NCBI GenBank assembly: GCA_965215885.1
Contig: CBDCEW010000013.1
Coordinates: 1 to 37,494, forward strand
Length of the DNA: 37,494 nt
Direction: 5' to 3'
Source: Candidatus Moanibacter sp.
GTDB taxonomy: Bacteria > Verrucomicrobiota > Verrucomicrobiia > Opitutales > UBA2987
Shown: positions 19,309 to 27,746 of the stretch, one piece after another
Numbering within the stretch: the stretch's first letter is position 1
Layout of the letters: every line of letters starts with the position of its first letter
Made by a program: the position numbers and the translations under genes
The notes under the pieces: generated by a model
What the model was told of the DNA's origin: nothing
Seen by the model: only the letters and a program-made list of their open reading frames with translations
Database searches by the model: none

Positions 19309-20001
19309 CTACTCTATAAAAGAACTGAATATGCTTTCCAAGACCTGTCTGGCATCGCCTTGTACTATCGGTCCGTGCCCCACAATGATCTGTTCGAATT
19401 CCCAGGAGAGCACCTCCTTGATCGAGTCTTGAAAGGCGTCCTACCAAGTGTCTCTAACACAGAACCGATAGAGTTTCGAGATATTCATTCGATCGTAGAC
19501 GCCGTCCCACTGTAAGATGAGCCTGCCAAACCAGTTCTGATTGCGATCAAATCTCATAACGAGGTCACTGACAATAAGGCTGCGGCTTCGATGATGCAGA
19601 AAGACAAACTCATTGATTTTGGGTACGCCTCGAATGTGTAGTTTCTTGAGTTCATCCTCCCATTCTTCGCCTTGAATATGAGAGAGGATGTGATGAAAGC
19701 CCAAGTCAGGGTGGTCTTTTTCCATGCCCGGTGCGCAGTAAAAAATTGCGTCGGGATACTGGCGGAACCACTCCGGCCAATAGAGGTCGTGGAAACGATT
19801 CGGAGCGACGAAACGGTCGATTGGTCCAATCGCTTTCAACTCATCGTCCAGCTTCTCGCTCCAGGTGACAGGCGAATGGATCCAGAGTTTTCCGGATCGA
19901 AGCTGGACGACCGCCATTCGGTGATCGCAGCGAAGGCCCGGCAGCTTCAGGGGGCAGGAAGTCTCCCAGATGTGCTCACCGATGGAATTCAAAAGCGGCA
20001 T
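19309..20001 (-). pseudogene. DUF4336-family (metallo-beta-lactamase-like) gene with in-frame TAG at 19441-19443
   Basis: RMAVVQL..G.LWIHSP, APNRFH, EFVFLH..S.SLIVSD; past the TAG the same frame reads DAFQDSIKEVLSWEFEQIIVGHG to a stop at 19309. Confidence 0.8.
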
Positions 20002-20072
20002 GGAGTACGGAATTGAAGAAGGCGTCTATGGGGTTGATGCAATCCGTGTTGTATGGAGTGGCAGGCCGAATA

Positions 20073-20107
20073 CCTGGATTGCTTCGTCATTCTTCCTCGC
20101 AATGACA
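20073..20107 (-). repeat. 35-bp palindromic repeat, family C
   Basis: Reverse complement TGTCATTGCGAGGAAGAATGACGAAGCAATCCAGG is identical to 24981-25015. Confidence 0.85.
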
Positions 20108-20125
20108 GGAATACGGCGGGTTTCT

Positions 20126-20578
20126 TTAACAGTCTGTCGGCAGATCCTGAATGTTTGCGGACTCCCAGGCCTCCAATTTCGTCAGCGTGTCTCTGATAAA
20201 TGCCTCCGGTCTCTTCTTCAGTGCCTCGATTGTCTCCGAGGGCGCTTCCGTCGGGCAAGTGTCGGCTCCCCAGATTATTATCTCAACCATTAAGGGCAGG
20301 AGATTCTTGCCCCGCTCTGTGAGGTAATAAAGCTTTTTCTTCCTGTTGGTCGGGTGCGGGATACTGTCGACGAGGCTCGAATTCCTCAGGCTCTTGAGAC
20401 GATCGGAAAGAATATTTGATGCGATTCCATCGCAAGTGCGCAGGAGTTCTCTAAACTCGTGGATGTTCCAGAGCATGAGATTTCGCACAACCAGAAGTGT
20501 CCAGCGGTCGCCTATGAGATCGAGCGCGTGAGTGATGGGGCATCCCGATCGGGGTTCGCGTTTTTTCTGTCCTGGCAC
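20126..20578 (-). CDS. HxlR-family winged-helix transcriptional regulator
   Basis: RSGCPITHALDLIGDRWTLLVVR, GIASNILSDRLK, YYLTERG; probable GTG start at 20578. Confidence 0.92.
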   Translation of the reverse strand: MPGQKKREPRSGCPITHALDLIGDRWTLLVVRNLMLWNIHEFRELLRTCDGIASNILSDRLKSLRNSSLVDSIPHPTNRKKKLYYLTERGKNLLPLMVEIIIWGADTCPTEAPSETIEALKKRPEAFIRDTLTKLEAWESANIQDLPTDC

Positions 20579-20660
20579 AATGATTTCTTTCAAGCGTGGG
20601 TTTCTTGCAGGATTAATTCTGGCAGAAGATTTTTTTGGTTGCAATATGAAATCTTTTCTA

Positions 20661-20691
20661 AACGATTGATTGCGATTTGCAATCAATCGTT
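20661..20691. promoter_or_regulatory. Perfect 13-5-13 palindrome, probable operator of the HxlR-family regulator
   Basis: AACGATTGATTGC-GATTT-GCAATCAATCGTT between divergent regulator and VOC genes. Confidence 0.7.
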
Positions 20692-20726
20692 GTTTGCAGA
20701 ATCAAAAATTCAACAGAGGAACAATC

Positions 20727-21110
20727 ATGGGAAAGCATGGATATAATCACGGAGACATTGGCTGGTGCCAACTGAACACAACCGACGCGGATGCGGCGGT
20801 AAAATTTTACACGGAGCTTTTTGGGTGGGAGCGCCACGAAGGTCCATTTCCGGATTACCACGTCATAGGCAGTGGTTCTGAGATGCTTGGCGGCATTACG
20901 GGATTGCAGGAAGGGGCAGGCGGCCCGAACTGGTTGCCCTACGTAACAGTAGAGAATCTGGACGCCGCGATCGCGAAAATTGAATCGCTTGGCGCAACGG
21001 TAGTGGGGGACAAGATGGACGTACCCGAAGGCGGAAAATTCGTAGTGTTTCGCGACCCACTTGGCGGACACACTGCCGCGATCCAGTATGGGAACAAGCC
21101 GGATGAATGA
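20727..21110 (+). CDS. VOC/glyoxalase family protein
   Basis: FYTELFGW, WLPYVTV, G.FVVFRDPLG; GAGG RBS upstream. Confidence 0.9.
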   Translation: MGKHGYNHGDIGWCQLNTTDADAAVKFYTELFGWERHEGPFPDYHVIGSGSEMLGGITGLQEGAGGPNWLPYVTVENLDAAIAKIESLGATVVGDKMDVPEGGKFVVFRDPLGGHTAAIQYGNKPDE

Positions 21111-21142
21111 TCTTTGTCCGGAAATCTCGTGGAATTTCGAAA

Positions 21143-21331
21143 ACCCTGAGCCTTGTCGGCGGGCAGCCGAATAGAACACCAACCAAAATCGAATCGCTCA
21201 CCCTTCGGCCCGGCTCAGGGTCTCCGACAAGCGAGCTCCTACCCTCACGGTAGTTCGAGGCAGATTAGGTTTTCGACGACCGGCAGGCGTAGGAAGGCCA
21301 CTAGTCGAAGACCTCGAGCTTTGTCGAGGGG
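21143..21331. repeat. Cluster of degenerate palindromic repeats (CCCTGAGC..GTCG..GGG type, family D) with an inverted GTAG REP
   Basis: CCCTGAGCCTTGTCGGCGGG (~21145), CCCTTCGGCCCGGCTCAGGG (21201, inverted), CCTCGAGCTTTGTCGAGGGG (21311); GCGAGCTCCTAC at 21231-21242 reads GTAGGAGCTCGC on the minus strand. Confidence 0.6.
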
Positions 21332-21611
21332 CCGCCGAATTATGCCCTGGTGCCCTGATCTCTTTCATTTCGGCGCCTTCCCAGATCGTTTCGAGGATCG
21401 AATATGTTTCAAGGGCCGGGAGGTGGTCTCCAGCGGCGTCGGCGGAGCGGGCCCAGGCCGAGAAGTGAGTGAGCGCGTTTCGGATAGCGTAAGAGGATTT
21501 CCTGGAGGTCCATGATTTCTTGATAAAGAGCAATTTCAGGATCAAGATACTGGAAATCGGAAAGACAAGAATGCCAGATACAGAACGGGTCGAGTAATAT
21601 CTCTTTATCAA

Positions 21612-22382
21612 ATGTTCATCTATGATTTTGACGGAGTCTTGATCGATTCGCTCAGCGAGGTCCTTGTCACTGCTTACAACACGGTAAGCGGGAAGCTGTG
21701 CACCCGCTTGGGTGACTTACCACAGGGTTACGAGAGACTATTCCGAAAGTATCGCTACCACTTGCAGCCTGCGGCGGATTTCCCCGTTTATGCGGAATGG
21801 TGCCTAAAGAAATGTTCTGCCGATAACCAGGCTGTGCTGACATCTGCCGAGTATCGAGCGGTGCTTGCCGCCGCGGAGGAGCCGCCTGAGGATCGTAGAC
21901 GTCGCTTTTTTTCGACGAGAAGAAGATTCCTCGAGACAAATCGTGAGGCGTGGCTCGACTTGAATCAACCGTATCGGCCGCTTTGGGAAGTCCTTGTAGA
22001 GCGAGGTGGGGCGGGCCCTGTCATCCTCACGAACAAGAATAAGACGGCGGTGTTAGAGCTCAGTCATCATTTCGGTCTACGGGTGGTTCCGGACAATGTC
22101 TACGCGGCGGAGGGCGGCGCCACGAAGGTAGAGAACCTCGAGGCGATCCGCCGACGATTTCAGCAGCCGGGATATTACTTTATCGATGACTCCCTGCTCA
22201 ATCTGAGGGAATTGGAGAACCACGGGAGTGGATTTAATGACGTTACCTTTCTCCTGGCGAACTGGGGCTATACCGGGCCGGAAGACGAGGAGAATGCAAG
22301 CAAGGATGGGTTTCGGAGTTTTACCCAGGATGAATTTCTTGCTTTCATGAAGCACTTTCGCGTCATGACCGAAAATCTGTAA
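21612..22382 (+). CDS. HAD-superfamily hydrolase
   Basis: Motif I DFDGVLIDS, ILTNK, FIDD, A.WGY. Confidence 0.85.
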   Translation: MFIYDFDGVLIDSLSEVLVTAYNTVSGKLCTRLGDLPQGYERLFRKYRYHLQPAADFPVYAEWCLKKCSADNQAVLTSAEYRAVLAAAEEPPEDRRRRFFSTRRRFLETNREAWLDLNQPYRPLWEVLVERGGAGPVILTNKNKTAVLELSHHFGLRVVPDNVYAAEGGATKVENLEAIRRRFQQPGYYFIDDSLLNLRELENHGSGFNDVTFLLANWGYTGPEDEENASKDGFRSFTQDEFLAFMKHFRVMTENL

Positions 22383-22392
22383 CCGAACCGCC

Positions 22393-24489
22393 GTGAAGCA
22401 ACACTATCTTCTCTCCGTCGATATTGGAGGGACGTTCACCGATCTCGTTGTGCTTGATAGCGGTACGAGCGACTTGCGGATCGCGAAAGTCCTGACGAGC
22501 TATCCCGATCCGTCCGTCGCGGTCATGGAAGGTATCTGTGGACTCCTGGAGGAGGACGCCCTCGATGCGGCGGCGGTTAGGCGCACGATTCACGGGACGA
22601 CACTCGTCACCAACACACTCATAGAACGAACAGGGGCCACGACCGGCCTCATCACGACTGAGGGCTTCCGCGACGCCCTGGAGATAGGGCGGGAGGGGCG
22701 CTACGATATCTACGATCTTTTTCTGCGGCTTCCGGAACCTCTGGTGGAGCGGCGACTGAGGCTGGAGGTGCCGGAGCGTATAAAGGTGACCGGCGAAATC
22801 GTTACGCCACTTGACGAGGAGGCGGTAAGAAATTCCTGCCAGATCCTGAAAGACGCGGGTGTTAACGCGATCGCAATCTGCTTTCTTCACAGCTACGTCA
22901 GCCCTGATCACGAGAATCGCGCCGCCGGGATCGTGAGGGAAATGCTTCCCGATATAGCTCTCTCCGTTTCTCATCGGGTGGCGCCGGAAATGCGTGAATA
23001 TGAGCGAACCTCGACGACTGTGGCCAACGCCTACGTTCAACCGCTTACCGGTCGGTATCTCGAAGGCCTTGAGGAGGGACTTCGTTCCTCAGGACTGAAA
23101 GGGCCGCTCCATATTATGCTTTCCAATGCCGGCACCTGTTCGGTCGAGACGGCACGACAGTTTCCCGTCCGCCTCGTCGAATCGGGCCCCTGTGGTGGAG
23201 CGTTGGCGGCGCGATTTTGGGGGCGGATCGCCGGCGAAAAAGAGGTTTTGGCCTTCGATATGGGTGGGACTACTGCGAAAGCGGTTCTCAGCCTGGGCGG
23301 CGAATTTCCGGTTGCCACGGAGTCGGAAGTGGCCCGCGTATACCGTTTTAAACGAGGGAGTGGACTGCCGCTGTTGGTCCCGGTCCTCGACCTCATCGAG
23401 ATCGGCGCGGGGGGCGGCAGCCTTGCTCGGGTGAATGAATTGGGTCTTCCGCAGGTAGGACCGGAGAGCGCGGGAGCGGTGCCCGGTCCCGCCTGTTACG
23501 GCGGCGCCATGGAAGAACCGACGGTGACCGATGCTGATTTGCATCTTGGCTATCTCAATCGCGACTTCTTTCTGGGCGGTCGGATGACACTCGATGTGGC
23601 GGCGGCGGAGGCGGCTTTGAGAAGATTGGCGGACAAGATGAAGATTGAAGTCCTCCGCGCGGCGTGGGGCATTCATCGGCTCGTCAATGAAAACATGGCT
23701 AATGCCGCCCGTGTTCACGCCGCTGAGCGGGGAGTAGATCTGCGAATTTTTACGATGGTGGCTACGGGCGGGGCGGGACCGGTTCACGCCTGCGGGGTGG
23801 CCGAACTACTGAGAGTGGAGAGGGTAGTCGTGCCGCCGGCGGCCGGGGTGGGTTCGGCTTTCGGTCTCATGCTGGCGCCGATATCGTTTGATTTTTCGCG
23901 TAGCTATGTCGTTCGCCTGGCGGAATTGGAAATGGAGCGGCTGCGTAAACTTTTTTGCGAGCTTGAGGAGGAGGGGAGAAAAGTCGTGGTTGCTGCCGGC
24001 GTCGCCGCCCAGGAAATCTCTGTGACTCGTACCGCGGACATGCGCTACGTTGCGCAGGGTCACGAAATACGCGTTAACCTGCCGGAAGAAACCTTCGAAG
24101 AAAGATCGAGGGAGGGACTCTACCATGCCTTTGAAAGGGAATATCGGCGAATATATGGCCGTATCTGCCCGGGTGTTCCAGTGGAGACGGTTCACTGGCG
24201 CGTCACCGTTTCTGGTCCCGAACCGACGGTTACGAAGGTGCGGACGGTGCAGCCATCGATCGGACGGGAGGCGAAAAAGGGGTATCGGCCGGCGTATTTT
24301 TCGAGTGACGCTGAACCAAATGAGACGGCAGTTTACGACCGCTACGCTTTGGAGAGCGGTTTCGTGGTTTCCGGCCCGGCAATCGTTGAGGAGGAGGAAG
24401 CGACCACGATTGTGCCTCCTAATTGGCGGCTTAAAGTGCACGGCTCCGGTAGCCTGATTCTTTCCAGGACGAGGCAAGAGTTGAAGTAG
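22393..24489 (+). CDS. Hydantoinase A/oxoprolinase family, ATP-binding subunit
   Basis: DIGGTFTD, HGTT, EYERTSTT, ESGP, DMGGTTAK, IGAGGGS, PTVTDAD. Confidence 0.94.
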   Translation: MKQHYLLSVDIGGTFTDLVVLDSGTSDLRIAKVLTSYPDPSVAVMEGICGLLEEDALDAAAVRRTIHGTTLVTNTLIERTGATTGLITTEGFRDALEIGREGRYDIYDLFLRLPEPLVERRLRLEVPERIKVTGEIVTPLDEEAVRNSCQILKDAGVNAIAICFLHSYVSPDHENRAAGIVREMLPDIALSVSHRVAPEMREYERTSTTVANAYVQPLTGRYLEGLEEGLRSSGLKGPLHIMLSNAGTCSVETARQFPVRLVESGPCGGALAARFWGRIAGEKEVLAFDMGGTTAKAVLSLGGEFPVATESEVARVYRFKRGSGLPLLVPVLDLIEIGAGGGSLARVNELGLPQVGPESAGAVPGPACYGGAMEEPTVTDADLHLGYLNRDFFLGGRMTLDVAAAEAALRRLADKMKIEVLRAAWGIHRLVNENMANAARVHAAERGVDLRIFTMVATGGAGPVHACGVAELLRVERVVVPPAAGVGSAFGLMLAPISFDFSRSYVVRLAELEMERLRKLFCELEEEGRKVVVAAGVAAQEISVTRTADMRYVAQGHEIRVNLPEETFEERSREGLYHAFEREYRRIYGRICPGVPVETVHWRVTVSGPEPTVTKVRTVQPSIGREAKKGYRPAYFSSDAEPNETAVYDRYALESGFVVSGPAIVEEEEATTIVPPNWRLKVHGSGSLILSRTRQELK

Positions 24490-24530
24490 CCGTCGACCGA
24501 TAAGAGAGAGTTCGGAGTTCAAGAGAGTGT

Positions 24531-24636
24531 CCCATCCCGTAGTCGGACGACTTCGTCGTTAGGTATTCGAGGACTGGACATTCAGGTGTCAGCTGTCGGA
24601 AGCCCCATCCCGTAGCCGAACGACTTCGTCGTTCGG
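24531..24636 (+). repeat. Tandem pair of GTAG-type REP-like hairpins (33 bp direct repeat)
   Basis: CCCATCCCGTAGTCGGACGACTTCGTCGTTAGG (24531-24563) and CCCATCCCGTAGCCGAACGACTTCGTCGTTCGG (24604-24636), 30/33 identical. Confidence 0.8.
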
Positions 24637-24761
24637 GGCATCCCGATATCCACCTGAGTCACTTCCGGAAAGGACCGCCGGCGGCCGCTTTCCGGGATCG
24701 CGTGGCCGGACAAGATGGTTCCTATCGAGGCATAACCGTCTTCGCTCTGGCGTACGGCAGA

Positions 24762-24856
24762 GTCGAGAAGCCTCTCCTACAACCTGACAGTAGCCAGGAA
24801 GTTCAACACCAGGCCAACCACCCGCGAGGGCTGTAGGAGTGGGTTTATCCCACGAT
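24762..24856. repeat. Back-to-back GTAGGAG REP doublet
   Basis: Minus-strand GTAGGAGAGGCTTCTCGAC (24762-24780) and plus-strand GTAGGAGTGGGTTTATCCCACGAT (24833-24856). Confidence 0.72.
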
Positions 24857-24895
24857 CCTACTTGCAAGGGGACGGGGGATTTCCTTGATTTTGTT

Positions 24896-25163
24896 TAGGA
24901 GCCTGTCAGGCTTACGGCGGATCAAATTCAAATCACGATTCATCCACTTAGAGAATGGGTTCGCCACACTATGCGATACATGTCATTGCGAGGAAGAATG
25001 ACGAAGCAATCCAGGCATTGGGCCTTTCGAAATTCTGGATTGCCACGGTCTGCCGGGTCGCAGACCTCGTCCCGCTCGGCGGGAACAGGCCTATGTTTGC
25101 CGGTGGCGCTTAGCTTGTTCGCATTGTATCTTTCGGAAGCAAAGTCCCACAGAAGGCTTCTAG
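24896..25163. mobile_element. Degenerate family A MITE-like element carrying an internal family C repeat
   Basis: TAGGAGCCTGTCAGGCTTA at 24896; degenerate inverted end AAGTCCCACAGAAGGCTTCTAG at 25142-25163; family C copy at 24981-25015 with partner arm CTGGATTGC near 25035. Confidence 0.5.
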
Positions 25164-25181
25164 CGTGATAACGGATGCCTA

Positions 25182-26924
25182 ATGACGAATTTAGATACAA
25201 GCAAAGGTGAGATCGATTCGGTCCTCCTGGAGGTGCTTTGGAATCGACTGATCTCGATTGTGGACGAGCAGGCGGCGGCTTTGATGCATGCCTCCTTTAC
25301 GACCGTTGTGCGGGAGGCCGGGGACCTTTCGGCGGGGGTATTTGACGCCGCCGGCAATATGCTGGCGCAGGCTGTCACGGGCACTCCCGGCCACATCAAC
25401 ACAATGGCCAATTGCGTGCGGATATTCGTTAGAAATCACCCCATTGATAACGTTAGGCCGGCAATATGCGACAGTCTCCTCACTAATGACCCGTGGCTCG
25501 CCTCGGGCCATCTCCACGATATCACCGTGGTCACTCCTGTTTTTTGTCGTGGCAAAGGCATTGGCTGGTTTGCCAATACCTGCCACGCCATGGATATCGG
25601 AGGGCGCACTCTCGGCGCCGATGCGCGGGAGGTTTTCGAAGAGGGACTTCACATCCCGTTTATGCGGTTGTTTAAGGAGGGCGAGGCCAACGAGGACCTC
25701 ATTGAAATCATCCGAGCGAATGTACGGGTCCCGGACCTCGTAATCGGGGATCTTTATGCCCAGCAGGCGGGCAACGACGTGGGCGCCGCCAAATTAGCAG
25801 AACTCATGGCGGAATGCGAACTGGAGGATTTAGAGGCGCTTTCTGAGGCAGTTCTCAGTCGAACGGAAGCGGCGACCCGGGCCGCCATTAGTGAGATCCC
25901 AGATGGCACCTACCGAGATGAGGTCATGGTCGACGGATTCGATCACCCGCTGCAAATCCGGATTGCCATAACTATCTCCGGAAGTGACCTTACGGTCGAC
26001 TACGCCGGAACTTCCCTGCAGGTCGATCGAGGAATAAATGTCGTCTATAATTATACCCATGCCTACACTACTTATCCGTTGGCGTGCGCGATCAGCCCAA
26101 CCGTGCCGAACAATGAAGGGAGCTTTCGGCCGGTCGAGGTGAAGGCGCCAGTGGGATCCCTGTTAAATGCCCAATTTCCCTGCGCGGTCGGGGCGCGGCA
26201 CCTCGTCGGTCACTTCTTGACCCAGGCCGTCCTCGGCGCCCTCAACCAGGTCATCCCCGACCGCGTGATTGCCGATGGGTCGGCCGGTCTCTGGAATACC
26301 CAGTTCGAGGGGCGGGATCGGGAAGGGCATCTTTTTTCCTATATCTTTTTCTCCGCCGGCGGGATGGGCGCTAGACCGACTGCGGATGGACTTTCCGCGA
26401 CGGCCTTTCCCAGCGGAATCCGCGGTGTTCCCGTGGAGTCGATCGAGGCGGTTTCACCGGTCCTCATGCTTAAACGGGCTCTCCGCCCGGATTCCGGTGG
26501 CGCGGGAAGATTTCGCGGCGGCCTCGGACAGGAAATGGTCCTCCGCGTCGATGCGGACAGCCCTGTTCTGCATTCGTGCATGTATGACAGGACGCGCTTT
26601 CCCGCGCGAGGATTTCAAGGGGGTGGGAGCGGCGCTCCTGGAGAGTTGTTTTTAGAGGACGGCACGCGCCTCCACCCGAAGGGCAAATACGAACTCCACC
26701 CGGGTCAATCGGTCACCTTGAGGCTTCCCGGAGGGGGAGGGTATTTCCCCCCTGCCGAGAGGGCCCCTGAAGCGGTGCTGGATGACGTCCGGCAGGGTCG
26801 AGTTTCGGAAGAAGCGGCCCGCTCCGAATATGGGGTGGTCCTCTCGAGTGACCTCTCCGCGGTCGACGACAGAGCTACCGCCGTGTTGAGGGTGGAATTG
26901 ACAACGGCGGGAAGAAACAGATAG
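25182..26924 (+). CDS. Hydantoinase B/oxoprolinase family subunit
   Basis: REAGD.SAG, NDPW..SGHLHD, CHAMDIGG, EEGL.IP, DSGGAGRFRGGLG, PGGGGY. Confidence 0.94.
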   Translation: MTNLDTSKGEIDSVLLEVLWNRLISIVDEQAAALMHASFTTVVREAGDLSAGVFDAAGNMLAQAVTGTPGHINTMANCVRIFVRNHPIDNVRPAICDSLLTNDPWLASGHLHDITVVTPVFCRGKGIGWFANTCHAMDIGGRTLGADAREVFEEGLHIPFMRLFKEGEANEDLIEIIRANVRVPDLVIGDLYAQQAGNDVGAAKLAELMAECELEDLEALSEAVLSRTEAATRAAISEIPDGTYRDEVMVDGFDHPLQIRIAITISGSDLTVDYAGTSLQVDRGINVVYNYTHAYTTYPLACAISPTVPNNEGSFRPVEVKAPVGSLLNAQFPCAVGARHLVGHFLTQAVLGALNQVIPDRVIADGSAGLWNTQFEGRDREGHLFSYIFFSAGGMGARPTADGLSATAFPSGIRGVPVESIEAVSPVLMLKRALRPDSGGAGRFRGGLGQEMVLRVDADSPVLHSCMYDRTRFPARGFQGGGSGAPGELFLEDGTRLHPKGKYELHPGQSVTLRLPGGGGYFPPAERAPEAVLDDVRQGRVSEEAARSEYGVVLSSDLSAVDDRATAVLRVELTTAGRNR

Positions 26925-26938
26925 TCAAGGAAATTGGG

Positions 26939-27730
26939 ATGGCTGAATTCGATAGTAAGGTAGTTATTGTAACGGGCGGCGCTCAGGGTATCGGCCGCGG
27001 AATTTGTGAGGCGTTTGCCCGGGAAGGAGCTCGCGTGCTGTGCGCCGACGTCAACCAAGAAACCGGAACAGCCCTGGCGGAGGATAATAACGGCGCCGGC
27101 GAAGGAGAGATCGCATTTCAGAAGGCGGATGTCTCAATAAGTGATGAATGTGAAGTCGTCGTGAAGAGAGCGGTGTCGGAGTGGGGCGGCATAGATGTGT
27201 TATGCAACAACGTCGGTATACAGCCGTCCGACTCCTATCTCCCCGCGCACGAGTTGCCGGAAGCGGCCTGGGACCGCATCATTGGCGTGAACCTTAAAAG
27301 CTTCTTTCTCATGACGCGATTGTGTGTGCCGGAGATGAAAAAGCGCGGAGGCGGTGCCATCATAAATACGGCCAGCGTGCAGGGACTGCAGTCAATGAAG
27401 GGTGTCTCCGCCTACGCGGCGAGCAAGGGCGGTATCATGTCTCTCACTCGCCAACTCGCTTTGGAATACGCCGAGGACAATATTCGCGTCCTGGCGATCA
27501 ATCCCGGGACAATCGAGACGCCGCTTGTCAGAGAGGCCGCTGAAGGGGCGGGTAAGAGTCTTGAAGAGATGAAGAAAGTCTTTGGCGCCGCTCACCCGCT
27601 GAACCGCATCGGGCAGCCAATTGAAATCGGTAACGTCGCCGTCTTTCTGGCCAGCGAGAAGGCCTCATTCATGACTGGCGAATTCGTTTGCGTGGACGGT
27701 GGCATGATGGCACTGGGTGCCTGGGCCTAG
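26939..27730 (+). CDS. Short-chain dehydrogenase/reductase (SDR)
   Basis: TGGAQGIG, NNVG, YAASK, PG.I.T, VDGG. Confidence 0.95.
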   Translation: MAEFDSKVVIVTGGAQGIGRGICEAFAREGARVLCADVNQETGTALAEDNNGAGEGEIAFQKADVSISDECEVVVKRAVSEWGGIDVLCNNVGIQPSDSYLPAHELPEAAWDRIIGVNLKSFFLMTRLCVPEMKKRGGGAIINTASVQGLQSMKGVSAYAASKGGIMSLTRQLALEYAEDNIRVLAINPGTIETPLVREAAEGAGKSLEEMKKVFGAAHPLNRIGQPIEIGNVAVFLASEKASFMTGEFVCVDGGMMALGAWA

Positions 27731-27746
27731 GAATCTGTCGGACTTA
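27727..27746 (+). repeat. Solo family A end motif forming the whole intergenic spacer
   Basis: CTAGGAATCTGTCGGACTTA, identical to 1113-1132; overlaps the SDR stop TAG and the A of the next ATG. Confidence 0.85.

Noticed and set aside
19441..19443. Pyrrolysine or recoded TAG
   Set aside because: TAG is used as a normal stop by many genes here and no pyl genes are present
21198..21611. 137-aa minus-strand ORF and overlapping 120-aa plus-strand ORF
   Set aside because: Run through palindromic repeats and show no family motif; at most a small gene remnant
22363..24522. Long minus-strand ORFs (225-238 aa) opposite hydantoinase A, and similar ones opposite larA
   Set aside because: Antisense shadows of GC-rich coding sequence with no recognisable motifs
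24531..24636. Mini CRISPR array (33-bp repeat, 40-bp spacer)
   Set aside because: Only two imperfect copies, no cas genes, and the GTAG-plus-hairpin layout fits a REP
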